DNA from: a virus
Length of the DNA stretch: 64,000 bases
Direction: 5' to 3' (one strand)
IMG/VR virus record: IMGVR_UViG_3300034356_000609
Location: 35,810 to 99,809 of that record
In this document: one piece after another, positions 10,801-19,570 of the stretch
Numbering within the stretch: the stretch's first letter is position 1
Layout: every line of letters begins with the position of its first letter
The notes under the pieces: model-generated
Seen by the model: the letters and a program-made list of their open reading frames with translations, nothing else
Database searches by the model: none
What the model was told of the DNA's origin: nothing
Position numbers and translations under genes: made by a program

Positions 10801-12440
10801 GTAATATCTAAAGTTCTAGATATCTGTCTACCATTGGGAAATGTACGTACGTCAGTGCCGATGATATAAGTAAGAGGTTTATAAATCTTAATCTGATCTG
10901 CAGGGTTTAAGTTAGCATTAATCGCAGCAGTTACACGTAACTTTTGGAAGATGGTTGTTAACTGTGAAAGGTTATCAACTATAAACTTTGTAGTTAAGTC
11001 TCTGTTGTTGGGGTTTAGGTAATCTTGATTGGTTAATCCTAGTCCAATGTCTTGTAGAAAAGTCAACAAAGCCGACAAGCGGTTGTCTGTCATATACAAG
11101 TTCATGTCACTTTTCTTAGCTAACCCAGAAGCTATGTTCTTAAAAGTTTGTTCGTAGTCTTTAACTAACGCATCTACGTTTAAGTATTGTTCTCCACTCT
11201 CGTCTATAAGTTTATACTTTGGCCTATACAAAAAGTACTGTGCATCATATTGACCTAGAATATTGCGTACGTTCTGGAATCCTTTTTTCTGCAACGTAGT
11301 TGCAATCATTCCATTATCCTTAATCGAGATATCAACTACGTTAGAAACTACCTCAGGATTGCTTAGAATACCTTTAAAGGCAGATACTAACACCATCTTC
11401 TTGACATCTTTGGTAGATCCTTTAACTCTAGGGTCTGGCATATCTTGAAGTAAGTAGTTAAACTGAGGATACTGCTTAGAAAGATTGAGCATAATGTCAT
11501 ACATCTCCGTGTAAGTAGTCTTACCTGACAATGCATTACTTAGGATTTTCCAGTTCTTTAAGAAATCTCCACTCTTTGGAAGTCCCAATAAATTACCTTC
11601 TAGTTGAATAGCATTACCACTACGTACTAATCCCCCCTCTACCTCATTAGACAGTGAGTTTCTATACGAAGGTAAACCTGTTACTAAGGCAATAACAGCA
11701 CTACCTGCTCTTTGGATTTGTGACTTTTCTTTTGTCTTCCAATCCTCACTATCCTCGTTCTTTGACTCTAAATCTTCAACCCCTACAATACCTTCTTGAG
11801 AAGAATACCAATCTACAAACAAATCAAAGTTCTGAAGAACTTTTTCTAAGTTTACAATCTTTACAATATCTCCCTCAAAGGTTTTGTTTTCTTGGAATCT
11901 TGATAGTATCTCGTTTCTCTTATCAGTCAAAGCGGTAAATACTGAGTACCAGTTTTTACCGTAACCTAATAGGAACTGAAATGTATCGTAAATCTCTTGT
12001 GCTTCTTCTGGTGCATAATGTATAGGAGTTACATTTCCGTCAATCTCAGCTTCTAAGAAGTTGATAGCCATACTACTAGGAGTATTGATAGCCGCTTTGG
12101 TACGTTCTTGTAATTCCCTAACACGTTGCTTTTGTTTCTCTACGTAGTCAACTACCTGATCAACAGAATATCTACCTTCGGCATCAGCAATATACTGGCT
12201 CTTAAAATTAACAAAGAAAGTCCGAGCTACTAACTCTAGTGCAGTCTTTCTATTACCTTCTGTAATTGGATGTGCAAGTAAAGCTCCGTACAGAGGATTG
12301 TCAATTACCTCGTCTCCAACTTTAATCTTATCCAAAGGTTGTTCATTGTTCTGTGTCCATACATAGGCCACAGCTGAAGGGTCTAGAAACTCTAAGTATT
12401 CTTTCTCGTAATTAGTACCTTTAATGCTACAAGCGTTCAT
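4836..12440 (-). CDS. Virion-packaged DNA-dependent RNA polymerase (crAss-like, double-psi beta-barrel) with C-terminal ASCH-like domain
   Basis: 2534 aa; VGVRIPVQGFSSM followed by KTGGDYDIDKL (DxDxD at 7629-7643), equivalent to the DFDID motif of the phi14:2 virion RNAP; also EADAQG and HKFSLIPMIP segments. Confidence 0.92.
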   Translation of the reverse strand: MNACSIKGTNYEKEYLEFLDPSAVAYVWTQNNEQPLDKIKVGDEVIDNPLYGALLAHPITEGNRKTALELVARTFFVNFKSQYIADAEGRYSVDQVVDYVEKQKQRVRELQERTKAAINTPSSMAINFLEAEIDGNVTPIHYAPEEAQEIYDTFQFLLGYGKNWYSVFTALTDKRNEILSRFQENKTFEGDIVKIVNLEKVLQNFDLFVDWYSSQEGIVGVEDLESKNEDSEDWKTKEKSQIQRAGSAVIALVTGLPSYRNSLSNEVEGGLVRSGNAIQLEGNLLGLPKSGDFLKNWKILSNALSGKTTYTEMYDIMLNLSKQYPQFNYLLQDMPDPRVKGSTKDVKKMVLVSAFKGILSNPEVVSNVVDISIKDNGMIATTLQKKGFQNVRNILGQYDAQYFLYRPKYKLIDESGEQYLNVDALVKDYEQTFKNIASGLAKKSDMNLYMTDNRLSALLTFLQDIGLGLTNQDYLNPNNRDLTTKFIVDNLSQLTTIFQKLRVTAAINANLNPADQIKIYKPLTYIIGTDVRTFPNGRQISRTLDITKTGQASMSPTELAEADDLFEKIIAFSTTKEEALKYIKDRGYEVSSLQEPLFESYIEARLAGTQTASFKDWRIDVSSISQALKKAVNSKVVTYSLQQATSYLQKKETELNPFTKFFSNFDVASRPTAYTTAEQKKKFIRSPWSFMTQQASAVNKANNYEELISQPAYARFDYRKNPDILGSIWLNRLFGLPLTKAEIEKNPLSSYTKVVDKTTGPRTINVTDFGGLELKDFDSDNYGGHTTNLHPGDKIIQDFVSFFQSTELENMRFGDKTSSLSTSFSNPILAEKIYVPINVNLLKSPTEEVPIEPELVATFKNYLVSEVTRISNAIEAGEGVAKTTYNKNAKNLFIFNDILPNEIVEEITKATTKEELIAGYHKAVAALPQSLSTYFATQGELFTRELVDIMSTPVNSQGYTVDYSTRLAQTASYLSKLNMINAQLLPAADRKTPPTITSQNLQYLAQVMLKNAFINNVEFLKFFIGDMSNFNVKADYRELFKRPAFSASPGSPVFWDSALQDFFDTDTGQDAISIAYTGVENKFNPVIRTVIYKDVLSFSKSDFETYKKVYDSGNWDTLLEEEKSEFDAYVNNPKEADAQGVVTLDFYRNYLISIGRWDSTKQEKAYQQQVRIAEINVALKGNPANAQELISEKTKLINTTGLTPFPPLKLGHFGPTERDPKQVALHKFSLIPMIPSVVEGRQMEKQMIAMYNTQVNYYTFKSGSKMSDNAEPSDYYEKVTRNGVEYLEVKQNIDDSLVTTLHIENLREQQYQAPKYKDESTLATQMMKLIFGDFYEFGELSGDFSLDTQERISGLYNEFTNNLNNLVQFEVIKLEKKLGITRTNGQIDGINQLQLARYVAEQFEEKEVSEGLRNFIKVDEQGNFVNPLDANKDRDEVEALILNIFNNKVISQKIFGESFIQVAGTGFERIRFANPTQQQLEQFGANDLKFYTLNPTTGETNPMEVKIAFNPKKHAGLLNLTYEGKKVGSLQVLNSILTSSTETANSWKELHKDKLTMVGVRIPVQGFSSMEYAIVREFLDESAGAVMILPAQIVTKTGGDYDIDKLTFFMTALSESGEVIKKEFDVEDYTSELSRQKELKISLSRLKAIQKEMRAEMSENPIYEQRKDIKDEINILNEEIDEAIEGIKELLVNEIVGQEESETLLDIRKEKKLIARKFAELAKLDRENPMEALFILAEVRNDIKDIRNEIAVVDDYKKALGNGLVDSLKSILKTGELYDSLTTPNNNSILTQYTKPGKKISSTDVFNPRTSWRIFLENILSKDALGIDAKINTLQKEFQRAGLKYTSSLFNAYYFKANRNAEGQIMLGGKKDADGTNRISKVLSEFVNGHVDIANEDWIILLGLNQETSPLAHAMILAGTPVKDVLDFINSDVIKLALSMANRAEIHKKMENLYVSKNSAIMSLIKNRVQTSGNVKLEKFVAGIDKEIKAANIKGSKKKLAMYIEAMMGVPTLNQYITNFNPNETLTGEEKAMRDIAYLLQFGVVVAQQSGLRELTSITDFNTTNYRTSFQSTETVAKEGGLKEYFNAEAIDFMFNQSALAQFNVSGFVQEVMGQIYPLSDSVEVHETINTFLTKNDITGQELRMKAIKRLKTNLIFNYTQKTASNEKGNLLEYYRGKDGLMQKTTSNNLAKRFEGIISNPDLRNNYLVQNLYPETSNTGEINFKLKSVVMSETNKLYRTAFLEGLNSPIAEIKEFFTDLALGSFMQYGGHFNTDNVSSIVPHEAYIDYTTKSYNELETMRKEEPQKFKSYLTLVRYSTKMFSTTLSPITTSIEFLARTNPEKLKTMRLQDSAIKSLIAIERSVYSPESMPTETIQPATSVDEFNLADKLTPIAQNFADGQGGQMQPQFKGKSTMDLIISGDRTRTTRANTDIQRMSKDYGLSKISDLVGKVIRMTDKTGRQVYTRITKVTPFTQEYQDATWQKEGWVKSVTDKNVGQYPYAIEFEVVNKPITQPSTNPNQNDINNLPNINPCG

Positions 12441-12442
12441 CT

Positions 12443-15400
12443 TTATGTGCAGGGTTTAGGATTAATACTATCTGCGGTTTTATCTCCGTTTCCTAAGCTA
12501 GTTCTACCTAACTCAGAGTTAATATCAATGCCTAGCGAAGATAACACATTTAATGTGCTTTGTGAATTTGCTCCTCCTAGTTCAGGTATATTTTCTGTAA
12601 TAGCATCTATACTAGTAGGTTGTGTAGGAGCAGGTTGAACAGCTACTTGCTCTTGAGGAGTATTTGTTCTTGCGTTAATCTGCTTGATGACTTGGAAGTC
12701 ATAACCTAAACTAATAATGGTATCTGAAATAGGGCTCTTATGCTTCTCTATAACAGGTGCTTTGTTAGATGCTAGAGTTAATCCTTTTATTGTTATAACT
12801 CCTGGCTTAACAAATAAGCTTCCTTCGTTTTCGTTTAAGTAGTTATGTATAGCTAAGAAAGTCTTACTATCGTACTTACTAAACTTTGGATTCTTACCAT
12901 TCCACATAGATTTGATAAACCATCCATTAGTAGCAAACCCCGTAATAGGAGTCCACTCACCCTCAGACTCTGCTCCAGTACCTGTGCCTGTTGATTTATA
13001 TACTAGGAAATGTTCTCCTCCTGCAAATACATCTACGATTCTACGGCCTGATACTTCTGCACGGAAACTACCAATAGTCCAAGGTGCACTTTCTTTATCA
13101 AGTTTTTGTCCCAAGTCAAATAGTTTCTGAGTCTCTGCATTTACTAAGGATGCTGAACCACTTGAGCCATCTATCTTTTGATTTATCCAAGGATTAAATA
13201 TACTTGGTTTGTTTTGTGCGTCTTGTGTAACTACTACTTCTACATTACTACCTACTGTTTTAGGGTTGTTTTGTACTCCAGGTATCTGTGGTGCTTTAGG
13301 TTGCCTAGATGTATCAGGGATACTACTCTCTTCATACTCTGAGGCAAATGCTAGAATGTTGATTGTTTTAGGAGACAAATCAAAGTCTTCACTAAGTATA
13401 GAGTAAGTCGATTGTTGGGTGCTCCATTTAGATACTGCCGAAGGGTATCTAGGATTCATCAAGTACATGCTATCAGTAAACTTCTGTAGTGTGTTAAACT
13501 TCTTGTTCTTGAAGTCAATAATGTGAGTGTTGCCTTCCGTATCTACCGCTACAATATCCATCGCCCCTGCTACTCCGAAGTATCCTGTAGCATCTTTTTC
13601 TTCTTGAGTAAACTCACGATGTACAATTAAACCTTCTGTAAATACTTTCCATCCCTTGTCTTCAAATTCTTTTGCTACTGATTGCATCTCTGCTACCAAA
13701 GCATCAAACTGTTCTTGAGTTACTTCTAACTCATAGCCCTGCTTGTCTCTTAGAGGTTTGTTCATCTGACGTACTTCTTTTAAGTAATCGTCAAGTTTTT
13801 TAACTGGTTTACCTCCTAAGATGTCACGACCTAAAATATCGACAAAGTTTCCTACAGCTGCACCCATCTCCATGTTACGTACGCTGTCTTCTGTATTTAC
13901 TTTCTTTTCTCCAAGTACTCTTTGAACAAAAGCCGACTGACGTTCATATCTATTGCCGTTAATTACATAACCTTCCTTGCTAGGATCACCTATGGCTTTT
14001 GACTCTGTAATCAGTTTTTCTAACGCAGCCACTGTGTTTGCTTGAGTTTTCTCAGTAGGCATTGCTATTTGTTCTTTTACTTTAACTGCTTCTTTCTGAA
14101 CACTAGCAGTAGGATAGGCTAGAGTAGGAATGATGTCAGAGTTATTGAACTCTATCACATATCCAGAGTTCTGTTGAATTGTTTGTTCAGGATTATTTGG
14201 ATCTTCAATAGTCTTTATTTCTTGGGCATAAGGAATACTTACCAAAGACACTTCGTGCTTTACTCTGCCTCCTACTAGTATTTGTTTTCTCAAAGAGTCA
14301 AACTGTTGGTCTACTGGGGTAGGGTTTGCTTTCCCTTTAGATGTAGGTAGGTATAAAAACAAACTGCTCTTACCATTACTGTCTTTGTTACCCTCAGTGT
14401 CAAACTTTTGAATCTTACCCGACCCATCGATAGTAGCAAATACCAATGTATTAATAGCACTGAAAGTAATAGGGTTAGAACCAATCTTAGGGTAAACTAA
14501 ACCGTTTATCTTGTCCTTAGTAGGATCGGCTTGTAACCACAAGTTTGTTGTAGTTACACTTCCGTCAGATTCTATGACACTCTTACCATTTTTAACTAAA
14601 AGTAATAACTTACCCTCTTTGAATTGCACCACGGCTTCTCCAAACTTACGACCATCTGCCATTTGTACAGATACCTTACGGCCTCGATTTAATGCCATCA
14701 ATTCCTCTATGGTAGCGTTCTCTTTAATCTTGTCCACTTGGCTTACATCAGCTACTGATACTTTGTCTATCATCTGTGTAGAGAAGATATAATCTCTTAC
14801 ACTAGCCTTCATAAAGGTTACAGGGATTAATCTCTTAAACTTCTCATAGAGTTCTACCATTTTCTCATCAGACAAAGTGGGAGTAGATTGTATCTCGTTG
14901 AATATGTCTTCTATCTCTCTGAGAACTTCTGTGCCTAACACCTCTTCAATTACAGTAAACATATCGACAAGTACTGGCTTAGTCTTGGAAGGTTCTTTAG
15001 TAATTGATTTGATAATCTTTTCTTGTGCTTGAAAGTAAGGATTGTTACCTTTTGCCTCAAAGAAAAGAGGAGAGGTAGAACTCACATTAGATGTCTGTGC
15101 AAGGGTAGACTTCTGTTCTTCAGTAACTGCAGGTTCTAAAGTAACCGCAGGTTCTACAATAGGAAGTACAACTACCTCAGTTACAACTTCTTCTGGAACT
15201 GTTGCATCTATTGTTGTCTCCACTACTGCCTCTATAGGAGTTACTCCTAAGTTAACTTGAGTTGCTTTATCTGCCTTACCGATAAACTTACTTGTAAAAT
15301 CCCCTACGATGTCAAGCATGTCAAACATGTGAGTACCTGTATCTTCCATTATAGGCATACCTTTACCTACAGTATCCATTAGGTTTAATGTCTCTTGGAT

Positions 15401-18400
15401 GTTTTCTGCAGATTCACCAGCGGCTTGCATTACTGCAGCCATCTTAGCTTTAGCAGAGTCAAGTGATGCTGAGTTTGCCACATCTACGAGTAAACCATTT
15501 ATTAGTTTGGTTCTAGCATTGCTGTATTCCTGTTGATCAACAAAAGTCCCTAAGATAGAACTACCTGTAAAATCTATTGGACTTTCCTCTAACTGCTTAA
15601 TGCTTTCTTCAAACGCAACAGTTACATCTTCAGGCAATAACTCAGGAGCAGTAAATGTTACTCCTGCTTCTTCTATAGTTACTTCTTCTCTAGTCTCAAC
15701 TTGCTCTTGGGTAGCTTTAACATCGCTAATGTATTTGTTTATCTTGTCGGCATTCTGAGCAACAAACTCTATGAATCTAAACTTATCGTAAAAGATTTCT
15801 TGTTCAAATGCTTGATCGCCTGTCAGCAATCTAGAGACAGCTTGAAACTTCATAGCAACATTATCCATTAAGGACTCTTGCTGTTCGATACTAACATTAC
15901 CTTTAGCAATCGTATTTAAAACCGCCTCGTTTAAGATAGTGTTTATCTTTTCCTTACGTTCTGTTAAATCGTCATGCTCGTTCTTAATAACTGCTAGAAC
16001 CTCAGTAAGTTCTTCAAACTGCTCTTCACTTAAATCCTTCAAAGAACTATAACGTTTGATTGGATCTGTCTCTTCTTCTCCTTCTTTCTCTGCTTCTAGT
16101 GTACTTGCAGTTTTAGTTTTAGCGTTAAGGTTCTCAAGAAAGTTTTCTATTACCGCCTCTGAGTCTTTGTCTAGGTTTTCTAAGTGTCGGTCTAAATCTC
16201 CACTTAAAAACATGTACAACTCTTTACCTCTATCAGGACTCATCATTGCCTGAACTAAAGAATCTTCTAGTTCTTCTATTGTATCAAAACCTCCGATAGA
16301 AGTCGCGGGTACTTTATTCTCTAATTGATCTACAATAGGGTTGTATGTTCCATCCTCAAATGCTCTCTCTTGTGCTACAACTCTATCAGTTTTAATCTGT
16401 GCTAGATTGTCTCTATATCTTCTTAAACTTTCTACAAAGTATTCAGGTCTTTGATTTACACGAGCCTCTGCTGTCAACTGTTCTATCTGAGCTGACATGT
16501 TTTCTAGATTCTCAGAATCTAATCCTCTAGATAAATTAACTTTATTGTCTATATTTTTATCTAGAACTGCTTTCTTATCAGCAGCAGTCATCTGACCATA
16601 AAAGTCAGATCTTTCTTTATAGTTATTAATTGTTCTACTTGCTTCCTCTGCCTGATTAATTAAATCTTCTCTTTGAGCTTCTGTGTATTGAGTAGCACCA
16701 GCATCTGCAAGTTTCTTTTCTATGTCTTGCTTCTTTAATACTTTTTCAAAGTAGTCAAACTGCATAATAGGGTCACTCATCAAATCATCCAAAGTTTCAA
16801 TCTCCTTGTTAGTTTGAAAGTTTCTTAGATTCTTGATTCCGTTTTGTTGCTCTATAGTTTCTAACTCTTGAATCTTAGCAATAGCAACAGAGGCTTGCTG
16901 TGGAGTAAGGTTGCCTGCTTTTAGTTCAGTATTAATTTTATTTTTATAATACTGACTATTCATCATAATATCAAACAACTGCCCTGTCTTACGATTCTTT
17001 TCGTAGTTTGATACTTGTGTCCCTAAACCAATTGGAGGTCCTAGGAATGCACCAGAGAAAGCATTTACGATGTCTTGGGTTTCTAGTTCTCTAGGAGCTT
17101 CTCCTTTCATTGCTGCCACACCCATATGATTGTCAGCAAAGTAGTTCATTAGTTCAGCCGTTACTTCTTCAAGACCTTCTTCTATTCCTCTTTTAGCTAC
17201 GAATCTAGCACCTGCACCAAGCTTACCTAAGTTTGATAATGATTGAGTTGCTAAGTAGTCTAGGGTCTTGCCAGAAAATGTCTTTCCAAAAACATCTCCA
17301 TACAAGGTTCTATACTGTTGGAGACTACCTGTCCACTTGTTCTTGTTGAAACCTTTTACTTCGAAGTCATCTAAGTACTTCATATCAGGAAATATGTTCT
17401 CTGTAATGACTTCTATTCCAGTAGTCAAAGCAGCAATAGTGTGGGCTTTCCCTCTAGCGTCTTTAATTCCCTTTTGATATAACTCGTTGTAAGTAGCTGC
17501 AAACTGTTGTGGATATACTAAGGCTCCCATAGACATTGCACTTGGTATTCTATCTGCCAATGCTCTTACTAAGCCATTACTACTCTGAGATACAGTAGAC
17601 CTTAGTGCTTGTCCGTAACTACCTGTAGCTGTTAATACTTTATTAAATTGTCCAGCTCTTTGAGCACTCATCAACCCCCTAGCAGTTAAACTGTTGAGAC
17701 TGGACTTCAATGCTCTACCTCCTAAACCTGTAACTCCTGCACCTCCATATACGGTTGCTATCACCAACGGTGTTGTCTCTGCACCTGTATATAACAAAGA
17801 TGTTGGTTGAAACTTCTGATTGCCTTCACCATCTACAAAATAAAAGTCCATTCCTGTTTGGAACTCCCCTTTATTATTCTGTATATCAAAGTTTATCAAC
17901 TCTCTAGGAGAGACGTAATTACTTATACGTCTACTTGTAGTTGCTAACGCATCCCAACCTGTAACTATACCTAAGCCTTCAGTTATATTAGTTCCTAATT
18001 TAACAACCGCAGAACTTAAATACCCAGCAGTCTTAGCTGCAACAGCCATTCCTTTCTCTAATCCACTTAGTTCTCCTGAGTAGTATAACTTACTTTCTTT
18101 GAGAATTGCTTCTTGCTCCTCTAGATAAGAACCTGCAAAGTTTTTAATAGACGCATCTTTCTTCATAGCATCATAGCTATAAACTTCGTTTGTCTTACCT
18201 ATTAACTTTTGATATACTTCTAGTTCCTTCTTAGAGGAATTAAACTGCTGTTCTACTTTCTTGTATTCCTCAGGACTTAAGTTTGCTTTCTTACTAGTGT
18301 TGATTAAATCCTCTTGTTTGCGAACCACCGTAAGAGCTGCACTACTTAATTGGTTACTTATAGATTCCCCCAATTGTTGGTAGGCATTTATAATATGATT

Positions 18401-19555
18401 ACGTGTATTATCATATCTGTTCTCAGCGATTGCTTCTCCTACAGTTAAAGTTGTATTCTGTTCAAACCTTTGAAGTGCTTGTTCATTTAATACTTTTTCT
18501 CCTCCTAATTCTAAATCTTCAGGAGTCAAAGGACGATTTAAATATTTGTCTGGATATGCTTGTCTGATGAGTGGACCAAGTACTAGGTTAGTTATACCTC
18601 CAAGTGCTACCTGCTTCTTTAAATAATCATCTACGTTTGTAGATTGAGAGATTTCAGTTATTAATTGCTGAGCACGTTGTCCTCCTGCAATATTAAATAC
18701 TTTATTCTGATAAGTCTTATCTAAAGACTCCTTAAGTTTAACTAACTCTGCCTTTCTACCAGCATTTACATCTGCCCCAGAGGCAGCAAGGTTCATAGCT
18801 GCTCCTTGAGGCAATTGACTTAATTGCTGTGGAGTGTACGTGTATCCTAATTGATTTAACTCTTTGTCTATCTGTGCATCTAACGCTTTCTTAGATTCTT
18901 GTATCTCATTAAGGTCGTCGCTATTACTTAAAAACCTACTAGCAGTAGCTTGTAAATTTGCATAACGACTACTTGCAGTAGCCTTTTGCTGTGCAATAGC
19001 TTCTGGTGTTAAATTGTAAGTATCTGCAGTAGCAAAACCTTTATTCAACAGTTTAGCTACTTGCTCTGATGCAGCACTAATCTGAGAGTTTTTATCTGTA
19101 ATACCCCAAGTGTTTTTTGTTAATTCTCCTCCATATATTTTTAGAGGATTAGTTACATTCTTAGTGTGAATGTCTAACTCCTCTTGTGGAGTTAAAAAAA
19201 ACTTCTGGTCGTATACAGTACTAAGTTTCTTCTGAGGTGCAGGAGCCACATTGCCTGCGGCATCTAAAGCTTCTGGGTTAGGTATATTTCTTTTGTATTC
19301 CCCACTTTGAATCATAGCTGCCAATGATTTGTTAGAGGGAACAGGTTTTGGTGGAGCTACTGTAGGTGTAGTTTTAGGTACAGGAGCAGCTGCAGTACCC
19401 ATTGACTGATATACACCTAACGTACTGTTAGCGTAAAAATTAGTCCTTACTGCAGCAACTTGACTATCAAGTTCATTACCCACACTAAATGCTTTGTCAG
19501 CACTTACACCTTTGGACATAAGCCCTATTGCCTTTACGGTACCTGGAGAAAACAT
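12443..19555 (-). CDS. Giant virion cargo/ejection protein with C-terminal PD-(D/E)xK nuclease-like domain
   Basis: 2370 aa, largely helical; Gly/Ala-rich hydrophobic segments with IEEGLEEV; GVAGAMDIVAVDTEGNTHIIDFKNKK and QQSTY near the C-terminus; directly upstream of the RNAP gene. Confidence 0.8.
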   Translation of the reverse strand: MFSPGTVKAIGLMSKGVSADKAFSVGNELDSQVAAVRTNFYANSTLGVYQSMGTAAAPVPKTTPTVAPPKPVPSNKSLAAMIQSGEYKRNIPNPEALDAAGNVAPAPQKKLSTVYDQKFFLTPQEELDIHTKNVTNPLKIYGGELTKNTWGITDKNSQISAASEQVAKLLNKGFATADTYNLTPEAIAQQKATASSRYANLQATASRFLSNSDDLNEIQESKKALDAQIDKELNQLGYTYTPQQLSQLPQGAAMNLAASGADVNAGRKAELVKLKESLDKTYQNKVFNIAGGQRAQQLITEISQSTNVDDYLKKQVALGGITNLVLGPLIRQAYPDKYLNRPLTPEDLELGGEKVLNEQALQRFEQNTTLTVGEAIAENRYDNTRNHIINAYQQLGESISNQLSSAALTVVRKQEDLINTSKKANLSPEEYKKVEQQFNSSKKELEVYQKLIGKTNEVYSYDAMKKDASIKNFAGSYLEEQEAILKESKLYYSGELSGLEKGMAVAAKTAGYLSSAVVKLGTNITEGLGIVTGWDALATTSRRISNYVSPRELINFDIQNNKGEFQTGMDFYFVDGEGNQKFQPTSLLYTGAETTPLVIATVYGGAGVTGLGGRALKSSLNSLTARGLMSAQRAGQFNKVLTATGSYGQALRSTVSQSSNGLVRALADRIPSAMSMGALVYPQQFAATYNELYQKGIKDARGKAHTIAALTTGIEVITENIFPDMKYLDDFEVKGFNKNKWTGSLQQYRTLYGDVFGKTFSGKTLDYLATQSLSNLGKLGAGARFVAKRGIEEGLEEVTAELMNYFADNHMGVAAMKGEAPRELETQDIVNAFSGAFLGPPIGLGTQVSNYEKNRKTGQLFDIMMNSQYYKNKINTELKAGNLTPQQASVAIAKIQELETIEQQNGIKNLRNFQTNKEIETLDDLMSDPIMQFDYFEKVLKKQDIEKKLADAGATQYTEAQREDLINQAEEASRTINNYKERSDFYGQMTAADKKAVLDKNIDNKVNLSRGLDSENLENMSAQIEQLTAEARVNQRPEYFVESLRRYRDNLAQIKTDRVVAQERAFEDGTYNPIVDQLENKVPATSIGGFDTIEELEDSLVQAMMSPDRGKELYMFLSGDLDRHLENLDKDSEAVIENFLENLNAKTKTASTLEAEKEGEEETDPIKRYSSLKDLSEEQFEELTEVLAVIKNEHDDLTERKEKINTILNEAVLNTIAKGNVSIEQQESLMDNVAMKFQAVSRLLTGDQAFEQEIFYDKFRFIEFVAQNADKINKYISDVKATQEQVETREEVTIEEAGVTFTAPELLPEDVTVAFEESIKQLEESPIDFTGSSILGTFVDQQEYSNARTKLINGLLVDVANSASLDSAKAKMAAVMQAAGESAENIQETLNLMDTVGKGMPIMEDTGTHMFDMLDIVGDFTSKFIGKADKATQVNLGVTPIEAVVETTIDATVPEEVVTEVVVLPIVEPAVTLEPAVTEEQKSTLAQTSNVSSTSPLFFEAKGNNPYFQAQEKIIKSITKEPSKTKPVLVDMFTVIEEVLGTEVLREIEDIFNEIQSTPTLSDEKMVELYEKFKRLIPVTFMKASVRDYIFSTQMIDKVSVADVSQVDKIKENATIEELMALNRGRKVSVQMADGRKFGEAVVQFKEGKLLLLVKNGKSVIESDGSVTTTNLWLQADPTKDKINGLVYPKIGSNPITFSAINTLVFATIDGSGKIQKFDTEGNKDSNGKSSLFLYLPTSKGKANPTPVDQQFDSLRKQILVGGRVKHEVSLVSIPYAQEIKTIEDPNNPEQTIQQNSGYVIEFNNSDIIPTLAYPTASVQKEAVKVKEQIAMPTEKTQANTVAALEKLITESKAIGDPSKEGYVINGNRYERQSAFVQRVLGEKKVNTEDSVRNMEMGAAVGNFVDILGRDILGGKPVKKLDDYLKEVRQMNKPLRDKQGYELEVTQEQFDALVAEMQSVAKEFEDKGWKVFTEGLIVHREFTQEEKDATGYFGVAGAMDIVAVDTEGNTHIIDFKNKKFNTLQKFTDSMYLMNPRYPSAVSKWSTQQSTYSILSEDFDLSPKTINILAFASEYEESSIPDTSRQPKAPQIPGVQNNPKTVGSNVEVVVTQDAQNKPSIFNPWINQKIDGSSGSASLVNAETQKLFDLGQKLDKESAPWTIGSFRAEVSGRRIVDVFAGGEHFLVYKSTGTGTGAESEGEWTPITGFATNGWFIKSMWNGKNPKFSKYDSKTFLAIHNYLNENEGSLFVKPGVITIKGLTLASNKAPVIEKHKSPISDTIISLGYDFQVIKQINARTNTPQEQVAVQPAPTQPTSIDAITENIPELGGANSQSTLNVLSSLGIDINSELGRTSLGNGDKTADSINPKPCT

Positions 19556-19570
19556 GTTTTATATTTAAAA

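Noticed and set aside
4836-19555. Split-intein explanation for the terminal cysteines
   Set aside because: No Hint-domain blocks or His-Asn ends; the Cys are followed by 1-3 residues or preceded by 2-4, which does not fit splicing chemistry.
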